This document shows positions 41,249 through 54,639 of a stretch of 64,000 nucleotides of DNA, one piece after another (the stretch's first letter is position 1; each line of letters opens with the position of its first letter). The stretch is from NCBI RefSeq assembly GCF_006345805.1, contig NC_042999.1, forward strand, positions 13,392,001 to 13,456,000, in the 5' to 3' direction. This stretch comes from Octopus sinensis (Eukaryota). A program made the translations under genes and the position numbers. The notes below the pieces were generated by a model. That model was not told where the DNA came from, did no database searches, and saw only the letters and a program-made list of their open reading frames with translations.

Positions 41249-41625
41249 GTTACGCAAATGCCAGAAGTGGGGCACTGCGTGGTGCCTAGGACTCCAACCT
41301 GCCATCAAGATGTAGGACAAGATTCTGTGATAGCCTGGGCTCCGAGGCCACAGCTCTTCAATATCCTCCGAAGAACCTGAGAGACCTGCCGGGGTGGATA
41401 CAGATGTCTTTAAAATGAAGCTGGATCTCTTCCTGTCATCAGATGAACCAACTTCACGGCAGGAGGGGCAGATGAGGGACAGCGCATCGAACTCTCTCAT
41501 GCACCAAATAGCAGTTGCTAGAAAGCCTCCATGAAGTGAACCAAGTAGCAACACCAAATGGCGGTGCCCCAGCATGGCAACAGCTCATAAGCTGAAACTA
41601 GAATCAATCATCATCAATCAATCAT
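41249..41625 (+). mobile_element. CR1/L2-group LINE 3' end, short copy
   Basis: Homologous to 46805-47185, with an (AATC)n tail. Confidence 0.8.
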
Positions 41626-42009
41626 ACATATATACACACACACAAATATGTATATATACATACATACATACACAAATGTATACACATAAATATATATATA
41701 TATAGATATAATATATTTGTGTGTTTATGTATATATATATGTGTGTGTGTGTGCATATATATATATACATATATATATATGCATATATATATATATACTT
41801 TGTATAAATTATATGCATGCATATGTATAAACACATATATTATTTTACACATATACACACATACATACACACACACAAACGCCACACCACACACACACAC
41901 ACACACACACACAACACACATACATATTATATATATATATATATAATATATACATAAGTATGGATTTCTTACAACAGGTACACTGAGTTACAACAGACAG
42001 CACACAACA

Positions 42010-42498
42010 GAGTAGACAAAATGAAGTACCAGTAAAAAACTGGGATCGCTGTTATCCACTTGCGTCTTCTCCTAAAATTGCTAGCCTTGTGCCAAAATTT
42101 TAAACCATAATGACGAATAACAGAAGCGATTCAAATTATGTTGAAAGATCATCAATTCCGAGGTAAATGTATTACAAATTGAATGACCGTAACATATATT
42201 ATATATATATATATTAATATATATATAATATATATATAGTATATATATAACATATAATTATATGTGTGTGTTGTGTGTGTGAATATGTAAAACCACACAC
42301 ACACACATTGTAGAGAGGATTGGAATCAATTTGTAATACATTTACCTCGGAATTGATGATCTTTCAACATAATTTGAATCGCTTCTGTTATTCGTCATTA
42401 TGGTTTAAAATTTTGGCACAAGGCTAGCAATTTTAGGAGAAGACGCAAGTGGATAACAGCGATCCCAGTTTTTTACTGGTACTTCATTTTGTCTACTC
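42010..42498. repeat. Essentially perfect 173-bp inverted duplication (42010-42182 and 42326-42498)
   Basis: The arms are exact reverse complements by eye; the spacer is a microsatellite. Confidence 0.92.
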
Positions 42499-42830
42499 CG
42501 AAACGATGAAAGGAAATGATCGACTCTCACAAGATTTGAACTTAGAATGTATAGATTGGGAACAAATGCTGCAAATTATTATTCTGAAGTTCTAATAATT
42601 CCATCAGACCATCAATAATAATTGTAATAATAATCCTTTTTACTATAGGCACAAGGACAGTAACTTAGGGGGGAGGGACTAGCCGGCTATATAGACCCCA
42701 TTGTCCAACTGGTACTTATTTTATCAACGCCAAAATGAGGAAGGTCAAAATCGGCCTTAGTGGAATTCGAAATCAAAATGTAAAAACGGACGAAAGGCTG
42801 CCTGCCGCCTTAATAACTGTAATAATAATA

Positions 42831-43295
42831 ATGGACGAAAAGGGGAAGGCAAAAATCCTCTGGGATTTTGATTTCCAGACAAAATGTTAGAGCACCGAAG
42901 CCGGATATAGTAACCTTTAAGAGGGACAAACAAGATTGATGTGGCAGTGCCAAGAGATCAATACATCATCATGAAAGAAAGAGAAAAAGTTGATAAATCT
43001 GGAGACCTGAGAATTGAAATCACTAAGATGCGCTGAGATGTGGCAGCTACAAGAGTCTTATATGAAATTTATCCCCAATGTCATCGGAGCATTGGGTTCA
43101 ATACTCCCCAATCTGAAAAGAACATCTGAAAACCTTAGAAATGCCCTACAATGTAGATGTATTGCAAAAGTTGGCATTACTTAGAACTGCACGCATTTTG
43201 TGCAAAGTACTGCCTATCTGAGATCCTTGTTGTGACTTGATAAATAGTACAAACCCCCAGTAGACACAATATCTTCAATCAACAACCTCACGATA
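42831..43295 (+). pseudogene. R4/Dong-clade non-LTR retrotransposon 3' fragment (restriction-like endonuclease)
   Basis: Frame-broken KAKILWDFDFQT, PDIV, IDVAVP, KEREKVDK, VIGALG and VLQK. Flanked by (TAA)n/(TAC)n. Confidence 0.8.
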
Positions 43296-43375
<80 letters not shown>

Positions 43376-44339
43376 ATAATAATAATAATAATAATAAATG
43401 ATGAGGATGGAATTTTCTGCTATAGGTAGAAGGTCTGATGTTTAGGGGAGGGAGCAAGTCGATTACATCGACACCAGTACTCAACTGGTACTTATTTTAT
43501 CGATTCAGAAATGATAAAAGGCAAAGTCGATAAAATTATAATTGAATTGCTTTAAAGAATATGTTTAGAAAAAAGCATGGTTGGGAATACCATTTTTTAC
43601 TTTTGAAAAAAGAAAAGGCACAAAAAAAAACAAAAAAAAAACGGACATCTTAAACCATGCGTTTGAAAACAACCCACAAATTTCTATAATAGAACAATGG
43701 CAGCTGTTGCATATCTATGCTTCAGTTTGAAATTGGGATTTGTTATTTTCAATCAAGGAATTTTTTTATAAAGAAGCTGGTCACATCAAAATAAGAACGT
43801 CGGTAACAAAACAAATGACTGACATCCAACAATGGCCACCAAATCCATTGATTACATAATCATTACTGAGATGAATCAAGGCTGCTAATTGCGATTCAGT
43901 CAACCTTAATATATGCTTTTACATCTAATGATTTGTTTTATTGTTAGAAGCAGAGCAGGGAAGACAAGAGAAGAGAACTGAAAGTAGAACGCAACCAAGC
44001 TTTTACGTCAGTCATTATTCAGCTTTCAGTGGTTTGTGTTCTCAACGATGAGATTTTGCACGATGAACAATCTGACCTACTGCTATGCTACTAACTTAAA
44101 ACCACAGCATGGCAGACGACACACGCGTTCCACTCAATCTCTGTCGTTTTAACTTTTTCTAACGTTCACATTCTTACGACCAAACTAATTAGATGGAATA
44201 AATACAGTCGTCTACGAAGCAAAAACTACAGAACCAGTCAATAAGTACATTCCTTTATAAAAACAATTTTATTTCGTTTTTCTTGTGGTTCTGCCTCGGA
44301 CCGTCGTGTCCGATATGATATTATAAACAACAAACATTA

Positions 44340-44517
44340 AGTTTCGTTTTTGGATTTGGTTTGCAAGGTTCTTTATATGAGTTCGTGTGTTGAAGCATAT
44401 TCTGTTGTGTCTGGGAAGAGTCAATTTCTTTTTGTGGGAGAGTCATATTCTTTTTATTTTTATTTTCCTAAAATTTTCGTTACGTCTTGCAAAACTATTG
44501 AAAAGGTTGCAAGACGC
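44340..44517. mobile_element. Foldback family copy with a split U3-A8 hammerhead, running into the gap
   Basis: The plus arm reads CTA-TTGAAAA-GGTTGCAAGACGC(N) and the minus arm reads TTGCAAGACGTAAC-GAAA-ATTT-TAG. Confidence 0.65.
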
Positions 44518-44617
44518 NNNNNNNNNNNNNNNNNNNNNNNNNNNNNNNNNNNNNNNNNNNNNNNNNNNNNNNNNNNNNNNNNNNNNNNNNNNNNNNNNNN
44601 NNNNNNNNNNNNNNNNN
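44518..44617. other. Assembly gap (100 N)
   Basis: Run of N. Confidence 1.
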
Positions 44618-44719
44618 GTAGACAAGATGAATGAACCACGCGTTTGGTGGTTTCTTGATTTGCCTACCTCTCTATCTGTCTGTCTCTCTTTCACTCCTCC
44701 TCTCCCCCCACTCCTCCTC

Positions 44720-44830
44720 TCCCTCTCTCTGTTTGTCTGTCTGTGAATCTGTTAGACTGAGTGTCTGGCTGTCTGGCTTATTTGGGTGGCAGTATGTCAG
44801 AAAAAAAAAAACTGAAAATATAAACGAAAC
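44720..44830 (+). repeat. Dispersed repeat of about 110 bp, also at about 54630-54730
   Basis: GTTTGTCTGTCTGTGAATCTGTTAGAC...GGCTTATTTGGGTGGCA occurs twice. Confidence 0.75.
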
Positions 44831-45524
44831 ACAGCAATGTGGTTGAACTATGCGATGGAGTTGTGACAAAGTTTTCGATTTCGATTATTCGCTAGAGTTG
44901 GTTGGTTATTAAATCACTCGTTTTGTGTATGCTTAATTAAACAATGACGTTAACATAATTGACTTATAAGCGCAGGGTTGGCTGTGTAGATAAAAAGATT
45001 GCTTCCTAGCCTAATGGTTCGAGGTTCAGTCCTACTACGTAGCATCTTGGACGAGTGTTTTGACTGTAGTCTCATGCAGACCAAGAGGTTGTGAGGGAAC
45101 TTGGTAGATGGAAACTGATATATATATATTATATATATATATATATATCTTTTACTTGTTTCAACCATTAGACGCGGCCACGCTGGGGCACGGCCTTGAA
45201 GAATATTTGGTCGATGAATTGACCACAAAACTTGTTTCTAAAGTTTGGTACTTATTTTATCTGGCTCTTTGCCGACCGCTAAGTTATTGGGACGTAAACA
45301 CATCAAAACCGGTTGTTCAAGCGGTGATGGAGGAATAACACAAACACAGTGACATACATCCCCCATATATATATATATACATATAATATATATATATATA
45401 CATATATATTATACATATATATATAACATATATATATATATATCTGTATGTATATATGTATATATATATATATATCTGTATGTATATATGTATACATGCA
45501 TACATACATGCATATATATACAGT

Positions 45525-45662
45525 TAATTCAAACATGAAAACACAAAGAGAAACGCAACAACGCGAGGACGTGGAACAAGTATAGTGTTATTGGATGCTC
45601 AGGAAAGAAGGAAAGAAGGAAGGTTTAACGTTTCGAGCGGAGCTCTTCGTTCAGAAACATAG
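45525..45662 (-). mobile_element. HHR-bearing PLE-tail repeat, second copy of 57141-57345 (core has a 1-nt insertion)
   Basis: The minus strand reads GTTT-CTGAACGA-AGAGC[TCC]GCTC-GAAA-CG-TT-AAAC. Confidence 0.75.
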
Positions 45663-45667
45663 GATAT

Positions 45668-45699
<32 letters not shown>

Positions 45700-45810
45700 C
45701 GACGGGATTCTTTCAGTTTCCGTCTATCAAACCTATTCACAAGGTTCTGGTTGGCCCGAGACTACAGTAGAAAACACTTAACCCGGAATATGTGGTTGGG
45801 AGGCACAAAC

Positions 45811-45987
45811 TTTTTGGGGTTGCAAAAGACATTGTCTTTATTGACTGTCTTCCAAAAGGCTACATCATCAATAAAGAGTACTATGTCAACTTGCTGAGGC
45901 AGTTACGAAAAGGCTACCAAGACCAAACTCCCAGGGAAACTGACGAAAGGGAGTCTTCTTTCATCAGGACAATGCTGCAACACACAA
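45811..45987 (+). pseudogene. mariner transposase fragment nested among SINE B pieces
   Basis: IVFIDCLPKGYIINKEYYVNLLRQLRK...GKLTKGV.FHQDNAATH. Confidence 0.85.
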
Positions 45988-46271
45988 TGTAGACGGAAAC
46001 TGAAAGACGTTTGTCGTATATATGTATGTATATATATATATGTATGTGTGTGTGTGTGTTGAGAGTCGGTGTCTGTCCCCCTAGCATTGCTTGACAACCG
46101 ATGCTGGTGTGTTTACGTCCCCGTTTACATAGCGTTCGGCGGAAAACAACCGATAGGATAAGTACTGGGCTTACAAAGAATATATATATAATATATAATA
46201 AAATATTATTAGAGACAAAAACCACTATTAAATATATATATATATATATATAAATATAATTATATATATAT

Positions 46272-46307
<36 letters not shown>

Positions 46308-46317
46308 GATATATATA

Positions 46318-47185
46318 TATGCTGAAAAGTTTCAAGCTTTATACTATCAGCATGCAAAACTGAATGCAATACCCAGGAATACACTGGACCCGGAGGGGAT
46401 TGCAATCCCAGAGCACAATCAGTGCGTGACCTGGTATTCACATGAGTGATGACGCGACCTTCATGTACATGTTGCTAAACTGACAATGAAATGCAGACGG
46501 CTGGATGGAGGGATTCTTAGAACCTTTAGACCAGAGAACAAGAAACCATGATGGTCCTCTGGAAGACCTTGTCCTAAGCCACTTTGACTATTGCTCTCAG
46601 CTATGGTCACCATCCAGTGTCAAGTTGATCACAGAACTTGAGGCGATCCAACGAAGCTACACGAAGAAGATAGCCTCTATGCAGAATGTAAGCTACTGGG
46701 AAAGACTCAAGAGATTAAAATTATATTCCCTGGAGCGTAGGCGGGAAAGATATGCCATAATATACATCTGAAGATCCTGGAGGGAAGTGTCCTGAACTTT
46801 GGCATCGAGAGTTACGCCATGCCAGAACTGGGCGCCACTGCGTGGTGCCTAGGAATCCAACTTGCCATCAAGATGTAGACAAGATTCTGTGATAGCCTGG
46901 GCTTCGAGGCCCACAGCTTCTCAATATCCTCCCAAAGAACCTGAGAGACCTGCAGAATGTGGTGATACAGATGTCTTTAAAATGGAGCTAGATCTCTTCC
47001 TGTCAGGTGTCCCAGATGAACCAACTTCACGGCAGGAGGGGCAATGAGGGCAGCTGCATCGAACTCTCTCATGCACCAAATAGCTTGCTAGAAAGCCTCA
47101 TGAAGTGAAACCAAGTAGCAACACCAAATGGCGGTTGCCCCAGCATGGCCACAGCTCATAAGCGGAAACTAGAATCAATCAATCA
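46318..47185 (+). mobile_element. CR1/L2-group LINE 3' fragment (RT C-terminus)
   Basis: HFDYCSQLWSP...LEAIQRSYTKKI...SYWERLKRLKLYSLERRRERYAIIY, with an (AATC)n tail. Confidence 0.88.
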
Positions 47186-47213
47186 TAACATACATATATA
47201 TATATATATATAT

Positions 47214-47282
<69 letters not shown>

Positions 47283-47989
47283 GTATTATATATAATATAT
47301 ATATATTCCTACATGCAAGCATGCATACAAAAATACATGTAAACACGCACAACTCCATACGTACGTGGATGATCAACGAGCGTTTGCAAGCGTATGTGAG
47401 GAAACAGAGATGGAGAGAATAAGTACGCATGCGCTATTATGTTTTGTAGTATTGTATATGTTATTTCAGAATCATATTATATTTCTAGAGAACGGCGTAC
47501 TCAGGTAATTGTTTAGTTTTCAAGAGACTTCTGTGAAATATCTCAAGTCTCTGATTAGATTTACACAAGAATGAAACTAAACAAGAGTTACGTCATGAAG
47601 ACACAACGTTGATGAGGGTTTGAGTGTGTACGCATGCGTCTGTTTCAGGGTGTATCTGTCTGCGTGTGCGTGCGCGTGGCACGTGGCTTATTCAACCTGG
47701 CTGGCTGAATAAATCGTTACGACGAAATTTGATATTTCTGTCAAAACTAAGTTGTCTAATGAATTCGACTCTACTCTTGCTATTGGGTCCTCGGTCGTCA
47801 GTGAATATTCTGTTGTTATCCTTGAAATATCTTTAGCAGCCACAGTATTAACTTCCATATACATATGTGGGTGGTGGGTACACGTGTGAGTCGTGGTGTG
47901 CGTGCGGTTGTGCGCGTGTGTGTGGATGTGTACGTGTGCGTGTGTCCAATCGTGTATGTGTGTGTATATATATATATATATATAGCAAA

Positions 47990-48108
47990 GTAGATAGATA
48001 GATACATAGACAAAAAGACAGACAAACAAACAGACAGACAGATAGATAGATTGGTAGATAGATAGGTAGACAGACAGAAAGACAGACAGACAAGCAGACA
48101 AACAGACG

Positions 48109-48149
<41 letters not shown>

Positions 48150-48151
48150 TC

Positions 48152-48197
<46 letters not shown>

Positions 48198-48720
48198 TAG
48201 ATACAAACATGTACGCATACGTTTACGATGTTACCAAATGCATGTAAAAAGAAAACATGGTTTTTTTCTTTAAGCAACGCGTTTGTTGAAAATGCCCTGT
48301 AGACTACAGCTATTGTAGCTGCTGTCAAGTGAGCTCTCTTGGAATGTGTAACCTAATACAAAAGGCATATGTAAATATAATGTCTAAGCGATCACCTGGA
48401 TAGACAGAAAAAGGGGGATCAATTTGAGAATTTTCAGAGACCGTGTAGCCAGGACCCTTTTTGATACCGAAATATTCAATAAGTTTGTCACTACAATTAG
48501 GGATTTCATTATATGGGAGAACCCAGATTTATGCATTTGTACATACATAAATACAAACATAATATATTATATATATATATATAATGTATACATGTATGTA
48601 TGTATTTATGTATGTATGTATGTATGTATGTATGGGTGTGTATGTATGTATGCATGTATGTATATATAATGTATGTATGTATGTATTTATGTATGCATGT
48701 ATGTATATATTGTATGTATG

Positions 48721-48754
<34 letters not shown>

Positions 48755-48847
48755 TGTATATATAATGTATGTATGTATGTATTTATGTATGTATGTATGT
48801 ATGTATGTATGTATATATGTATGTAAGTATTTATGTATGTATGTATG

Positions 48848-48881
<34 letters not shown>

Positions 48882-49224
48882 TGTATGTATGTATATATGC
48901 ATGTATATATGTATGTATGTATGTATATATGCATGTATGTATGTATATAGGTATGTATGTATGTATGTATGTATGTATGTATGTGTGTATATATGTATGT
49001 ATGTACGTATATATGTATGTATGTATGTATGTATGCATGTATGTATGTATGTATGTATGTATGTTTGTTTGTATATATGTATGTATGGTAGTATATATGT
49101 ATTATTTTTTAGCAACAGGGTATTTCCAAGCATATAAAGATCCACAGTTCCAAGAAAAATAATTATTTCACGTTCGCTTAACAGCTTATAAAATTTTATG
49201 ACGGCAACAATGTTTACGTGTATG

Positions 49225-49313
<89 letters not shown>

Positions 49314-49315
49314 AT
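47990..49315. repeat. Microsatellite cluster: (AGAT)n 47990-48200, (TATG)n 48580-49090, (GT)n 49232-49312
   Basis: Direct reading. Confidence 0.93.
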
Positions 49316-49559
49316 TGAAATTATTAGTGGAGATGTGCTGCACGACGGATTTTCCAATTTAGTCCCAAATACAAGACCTAATTCAATTTACCCCTAATCA
49401 TATTGGAAAAGCAATGTAAATAGTAATATTTCTACCTGCCACCTCTCTCTCTTTCTCTCCATCACTCTCCTCTCTTTCCCACTCCCACACTCTCTAGTAA
49501 GCTGGTTACCTGTAAGTAGTAAGTATATCTCTTTGGTATATCTCGATTAGGCTGATGTG

Positions 49560-49840
49560 TGTACAAGTAATACACCACAGCAAAAATTAAGCTGAGAATA
49601 GTGCAAAGAAAGGAGAATATTAGTTGCTTAGAGTTACGAGCAAAGGAAAGGAAATATAATAAACAACAGAGCAATGGATTAGAATACAAAATAAATACAG
49701 TTATTTCGTGAGAAAAGCACAGACTAAAATTCATTCAACGTTTCGGACAGAGATCTTTTCTCAAAATCAGATGACAGCGGCAAAAGACTGTTGAACAAAA
49801 ACAAAAAATGGTGGTAATTTCAGTTAATGCAAACTGGTGA
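49560..49840 (-). mobile_element. PLE-tail remnant with a U3-A8 hammerhead-like motif (49733-49768)
   Basis: The minus strand reads TTGAGAA-AAGA[TCTCTG]TCC-GAAA-CG-TT-GAAT. Duplicated at 50567-50665. Confidence 0.55.
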
Positions 49841-50151
49841 ATGGAAAAGTGGAAGTTGATACAACGGAATTGGGCTGATTGGCATTCTTCAGCCAAAGGA
49901 GGGAGAAGTGAGGAATATAAGGGGGACGTGCATGAAAAATTTCAAGGAACCATGAGAGGATTTCATGCTTATGTGAATGAATGTTTGGAAATGTATGTTA
50001 GCATACTGAGCAATTTCAACTATTGATCCAAGAATATAATATGCTACATAAAATACCAACGCTGTGCATTTTCGGATGTCGGTGAAACTGTTTGATACCT
50101 GGTTGGTCATTTAAGGAAACACGCAGGCCCGTTATTATTATTATTATTATT

Positions 50152-50440
50152 TGGTGAGAGAGCAGTTCAAACCATCAAAGTGACACTGGGGTAAAATATA
50201 CAAAGCCCAGTATACCCATCATGACTAACCGTCTGATAAGGGTACACCAGGCACTTGCATCATTACTATATGTGTTCGACATGATCTCATATCAAGATAA
50301 ACAGCATATGACCTTTTCTTCTGGTCGAGTAACCCATCCCGCTCAAAAGGTCCCTGAATAAGGGTTGTTTAAGGATGTTGAACGAAACACCATTGTTTCC
50401 GGAGGTGAATTATTCAAACTCCAAAGAGCCCCTCTCAACG
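50152..50440 (-). mobile_element. Non-LTR retroposon 3' end with a (TAA)n tail
   Basis: Reverse complement of the 3' part of 51643-52200. Confidence 0.75.
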
Positions 50441-50467
50441 CCATTATTATTATTATTATTATTATTA

Positions 50468-50533
<66 letters not shown>

Positions 50534-50544
50534 TATTATTTAAA

Positions 50545-51364
50545 CTACACTGCAATGAAGGAACGGACTAAAATTCATTCAACGTTTCGGACAGTGATCT
50601 TTTCTCAAAAAGACTGTTGAACAAAAAAAAATGGTGCTAATTTCAGTTAAAGCAAACTGGCGAATAACAACATACAACTCGATACTTGCGACATTGCATA
50701 ACACCACAGATCTCCCGTCTTTCGTTTGCCTCGTGAGCAACAATTAATTTTTCGGTTAAACACAACCTGCCCAGCTGGGATTAATAATCGATTTGCCTGG
50801 CGCTAAAAACATTTCCTTCTCCCTTAACACCTCATATAACGATAAACTATCTCACGTGCACTTCACCTTCTCCGTCTTCACACATGCAACCTCATAATAC
50901 ATCACAAACCACTCCACACAGACAAACACAGGCTCATACACTCACTACCAATTTACCGTACACGCATGCTATTATGCTCTGATCACACCACCCATAAAGT
51001 GCTCACTATATCCTCCTTTTGCTTTCCAGAACAAACAACCGTACACTAAAACTACATACTCACACATTCCCTATAGACACAAACATATAACATGTTCTCA
51101 CGTTTCTTTAAGCCTTTCCATGCTCATTCCGCTTATCTTTCCCCCACCTCTTGCTCTTTTGGCTGCAAAACACCAAAACACCAATCTACACACTTCCGCC
51201 TAATCCTTTTCTACTCTTCCATTCACCATTTTGTTTTCGTTATAATCAACACTGTTTTTCACTTAACATTCTTTTACCTTTGCTTCTTCAGTTCTTCTGT
51301 TATTAACGATGAACTACTGTCTGACATGTTGAATTCTCTTCCGTTCCTTCATTGCAGCGGAGTT

Positions 51365-51365
<1 letters not shown>
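50545..51365 (+). mobile_element. Old PLE 3' fragment with an inverted 5' arm
   Basis: 50711-50806 encodes FRLPREQQLIFRLNTTCPAGINNRF*, the PLE GIY-YIG C-terminal RE..LI..L.T..P.GIN motif. CTGCAATGAAGGAACGG (50550-50566) is inverted at 51341-51357. HHR-like motifs at 50577-50612 (minus) and 51303-51335 (plus, decayed). Confidence 0.7.
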
Positions 51366-51410
<45 letters not shown>

Positions 51411-51414
51411 TAAC

Positions 51415-51576
51415 ATGGTGATCTCGTATCAAGATAAACAGCACATGACCTTGCAGGTGGGGCCCAGTTAGAATTTTCTTCTCGTCGAGTAACCCATCCC
51501 GCTTAAAAGGCTCCTAAATAAGGGTTGTTTAAGGATGTTAAATGAAACACCCATGCTTCCAGAGCATGGAAAGGTT

Positions 51577-51618
<42 letters not shown>

Positions 51619-52200
51619 TAATAATGATAATAATAATAATAAATGCCCTGATGCAGTACCAGGCAGTGGCTTTCATGGCTTCTGATCTTAACTGATTGGA
51701 AGCGCTATCATGTACAATGTTTTGTCTTGGTATAAACGATGGGCTGCAGTAAATATTCTGCTCAATACCACAGATTTGCTTGTCAGTTGTTTGACCTTAA
51801 CCAGTTGAACATGTCCCTTAGTGGCTGACAATATGTGCATCTCTGATCACGAGCTGAAGTAGTGGGGGAGCATCATAGCCATGTATTGAGAGGGATTCTT
51901 TGGGGTTTGAATAATTCACCTCTGGAAGCATGGGTGTTTCATTCAACATCCTTAAACAACCCTTATTTAGGGGTCTTTTAAGCGGGATGGGCTACTCGAC
52001 CAGAAGAAAATTCTAACTGGGCCCCACCTGCAAGGTCATGTGCTGTTTATCTTGATATGAGATCACCATGTCGCACAATCTGGTTGTGATGCATGTGCAT
52101 GGTGTACCCTTATCAGACGGGTAGTCATGATGGGTATAGTGGGCTTCGTATATTTTACCCCAGTGTCACTTTGATGGCATGCACTGCTCTCTCACTCAAT
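51415..52200 (+). mobile_element. Non-LTR retroposon 3' end (51643-52200) preceded by an inverted partial copy (51415-51565)
   Basis: 51415-51565 is the reverse complement of about 51918-52070. The element ends in (TAA)n/(GAT)n. Confidence 0.8.
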
Positions 52201-52210
52201 AATAATAATA

Positions 52211-52257
<47 letters not shown>

Positions 52258-52469
52258 GGTGGTGGTGGTGGTGGTGATGATGAGTGGTTTATGTCATACT
52301 CCAATCAAGTCCACGCAGCATAGGTTGCCTCAGCGTTCTCAGCTGACGTCAATCCATTAACACCCGACCCAGGGTTATGACTTCAAGATACTCCCACCTA
52401 AAGTTAACTCTAATTTGAAATCGATTTTATCTTTACCTCTTCGTATTAGCCTGGACTTTGTTTCACATA

Positions 52470-52700
52470 CCTATTTTTTACTGCCCACAAGGGGCTACAC
52501 ACAGAGGGGACAAACAAGGACAGACAAACGGATTAAGTCGATTACATCGACCCCAGTGCGTAACTGGTACTTAATTTATCGATCCCGAAAGGATGAAAGG
52601 CAAAGTCGACCTCGGCGGAATTTGAACTCAGAACGTAACGGCAGACGAAATACCGCTAAGCATTTCGCCCGGCGTGCTAACGTTTCTGCCAGCTCGCCGC
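52470..52700 (-). mobile_element. SINE family A, full copy
   Basis: Close to the family consensus. Confidence 0.9.
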
Positions 52701-52984
52701 CTTTGTTTCGCATACCTTCGCACCACTGTAACACCAACAACACCAATAATATGAATACTACTTACTACTACCAACCTTTACACTTTACACAATTACTACT
52801 ACTATTACTAATACTACTACTGCTGCTGCTGCTACTGCTGCTGCTGCAACAGCTGTACTATTTTTCAATGATACACACTCCCCACTTATGTTCTTCCATC
52901 CACAATGCTGCTTTCGCTGTAATCAATGGGTTTTTGGGGCGAATTTTTCGCTTATTTTTCTCTTTAATTTCTTCATCTATTGCT

Positions 52985-53020
52985 GTTTTTGACGAAGGAT
53001 AACTGTCCGAAACGTTGAAT
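52985..53020 (+). ncRNA. Hammerhead-like motif (U3.G8 mismatch) in a PLE-tail remnant
   Basis: GTTT-TTGACGA-AGGA[TAACTG]TCC-GAAA-CG-TT-GAAT. Confidence 0.55.
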
Positions 53021-53212
53021 CCTATTCTCTTACTTCCTTGCAACATTACTATACATATGTTGTACCATCATTCATTGTTCCGTTTTCTCTTGATTTTTTC
53101 CCTTCTTGCGACTCTAATTGAATATTACTACACAAATTCAATCAATTCAGATTACCACTGGATTTATATTATTAACCGAAAAAATTTTACCACCTTTTCG
53201 ACAACGGCAATG

Positions 53213-53612
53213 GTGCGCTGGCTGTGTGGTAAGTAGCTTGCTTACCAACCACATGGTTCCGGGTTCAGTCCCACTGTGTGGCACCTTGGGCAAGTGTCTT
53301 CTACTATAGCCTCGGGCCGTCTAAAGCCTTGTGAGTGGATTTGGTAGACGGAAACTGAAAGAAGCCTGTCGTATATATGTATATGTATATATAAGTGTGT
53401 TTGTATGTCTGTGTTTGTCCCCCTAGCATTGCTTGACAACCGATGCTGGTGTGTTTACGTCCTCGTAACTTAGCGGTTGCTTAGCAAAAGAGACCGATAG
53501 AATAGGTACTAGGCTTACAAAGAATGAGTCCCGGGGTCGATTTGCTCGACTTAAGGCGCTGCTCCAGCATGGCCACAGTCATATGACTGAAACAAGTAAA
53601 AGAGATAAAAGA
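53213..53612 (+). mobile_element. SINE family B, full copy
   Basis: Head GGCTGTGTGGTAAG...GGGTTCAGTCCC, an internal microsatellite and the conserved 3' half. Confidence 0.92.
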
Positions 53613-54111
53613 GACATTTTGCACTGATTTAAAATGGGTTTTCTAAGGGTTAACAGAAAACCCATTAACAATATGAGGCTGCTAACACGATAGAACTGGT
53701 TTTTCAGTGAGTTATCGTTACGACCTCTATTACGCTTAATGGCTATATGATAACGCTCATAAATATTTGTTTCGTGTATTAAAATCCTATATAGATTTAA
53801 CCTTTATGTTGATGTGAATAATAAAAAAGGGGGCCAAGTTTCACCTTGCCAATGAAACACCATGAATGTCATTGGATGTTGTGAAGTTCACATGACTTGC
53901 TTAGATTCACCTATTGATATTTAGTGGGTAAACCAGGTTTGGATACATACACACGCATGCGCAGATATATATATATCACCGTGTGTCTGTGTGTGTGTGT
54001 ATCTTTTTGTATGTATATATATTTATCTGTGTGTGTGTGTCTATGTAGATTGTAAGTCCTTGTCCTCTCTTAGTCAACATTAAAAGCAAAATATAATTCT
54101 TTTATCACAAA

Positions 54112-54545
54112 TTATTGCCGTGGTAAGTAGCTTGCTTACGAACTACATGTTTCCGGGTTCAGTCCCACTGCGTGGTACCTTGGGTAAGTACCTTCTACTA
54201 TAGCCTCAGGCCGACCAAAGCCTTGTGAGTGGATTTGGTAGACGGAAACTGAAAGAAGCCCGTCGTATATATATGTGTGTGTGTGTGTTGTGTGTGCGTG
54301 TGTGTGTTGTGTGTGAGTGTGTGTATATATGTTTGTGTGTCTGTGTTCGTCCCCCCAATATCGTTTGACAACCGATGCTGTTGTGTTTACGTCTACGTAA
54401 CTTGGCAGTTCGGCAAAAGGGACCGATAGAATAAGTACTAGGCTTACAAAGAATAAGTCCTGGGGTCGATTTGCTTGACTAAAGGCGGGGCTCCAGCATG
54501 GCCACTGTCAAATGACTGAACAAGTAAAAGAGTAAACGAGAGTAA
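54112..54545 (+). mobile_element. SINE family B, full copy
   Basis: Same structure as the copy at 53213. Confidence 0.92.
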
Positions 54546-54596
54546 ATGGCAAACTATAAAAATAGTGTTTCTCTCATTCTCCACGCACTCTCTCTC

Positions 54597-54639
<43 letters not shown>

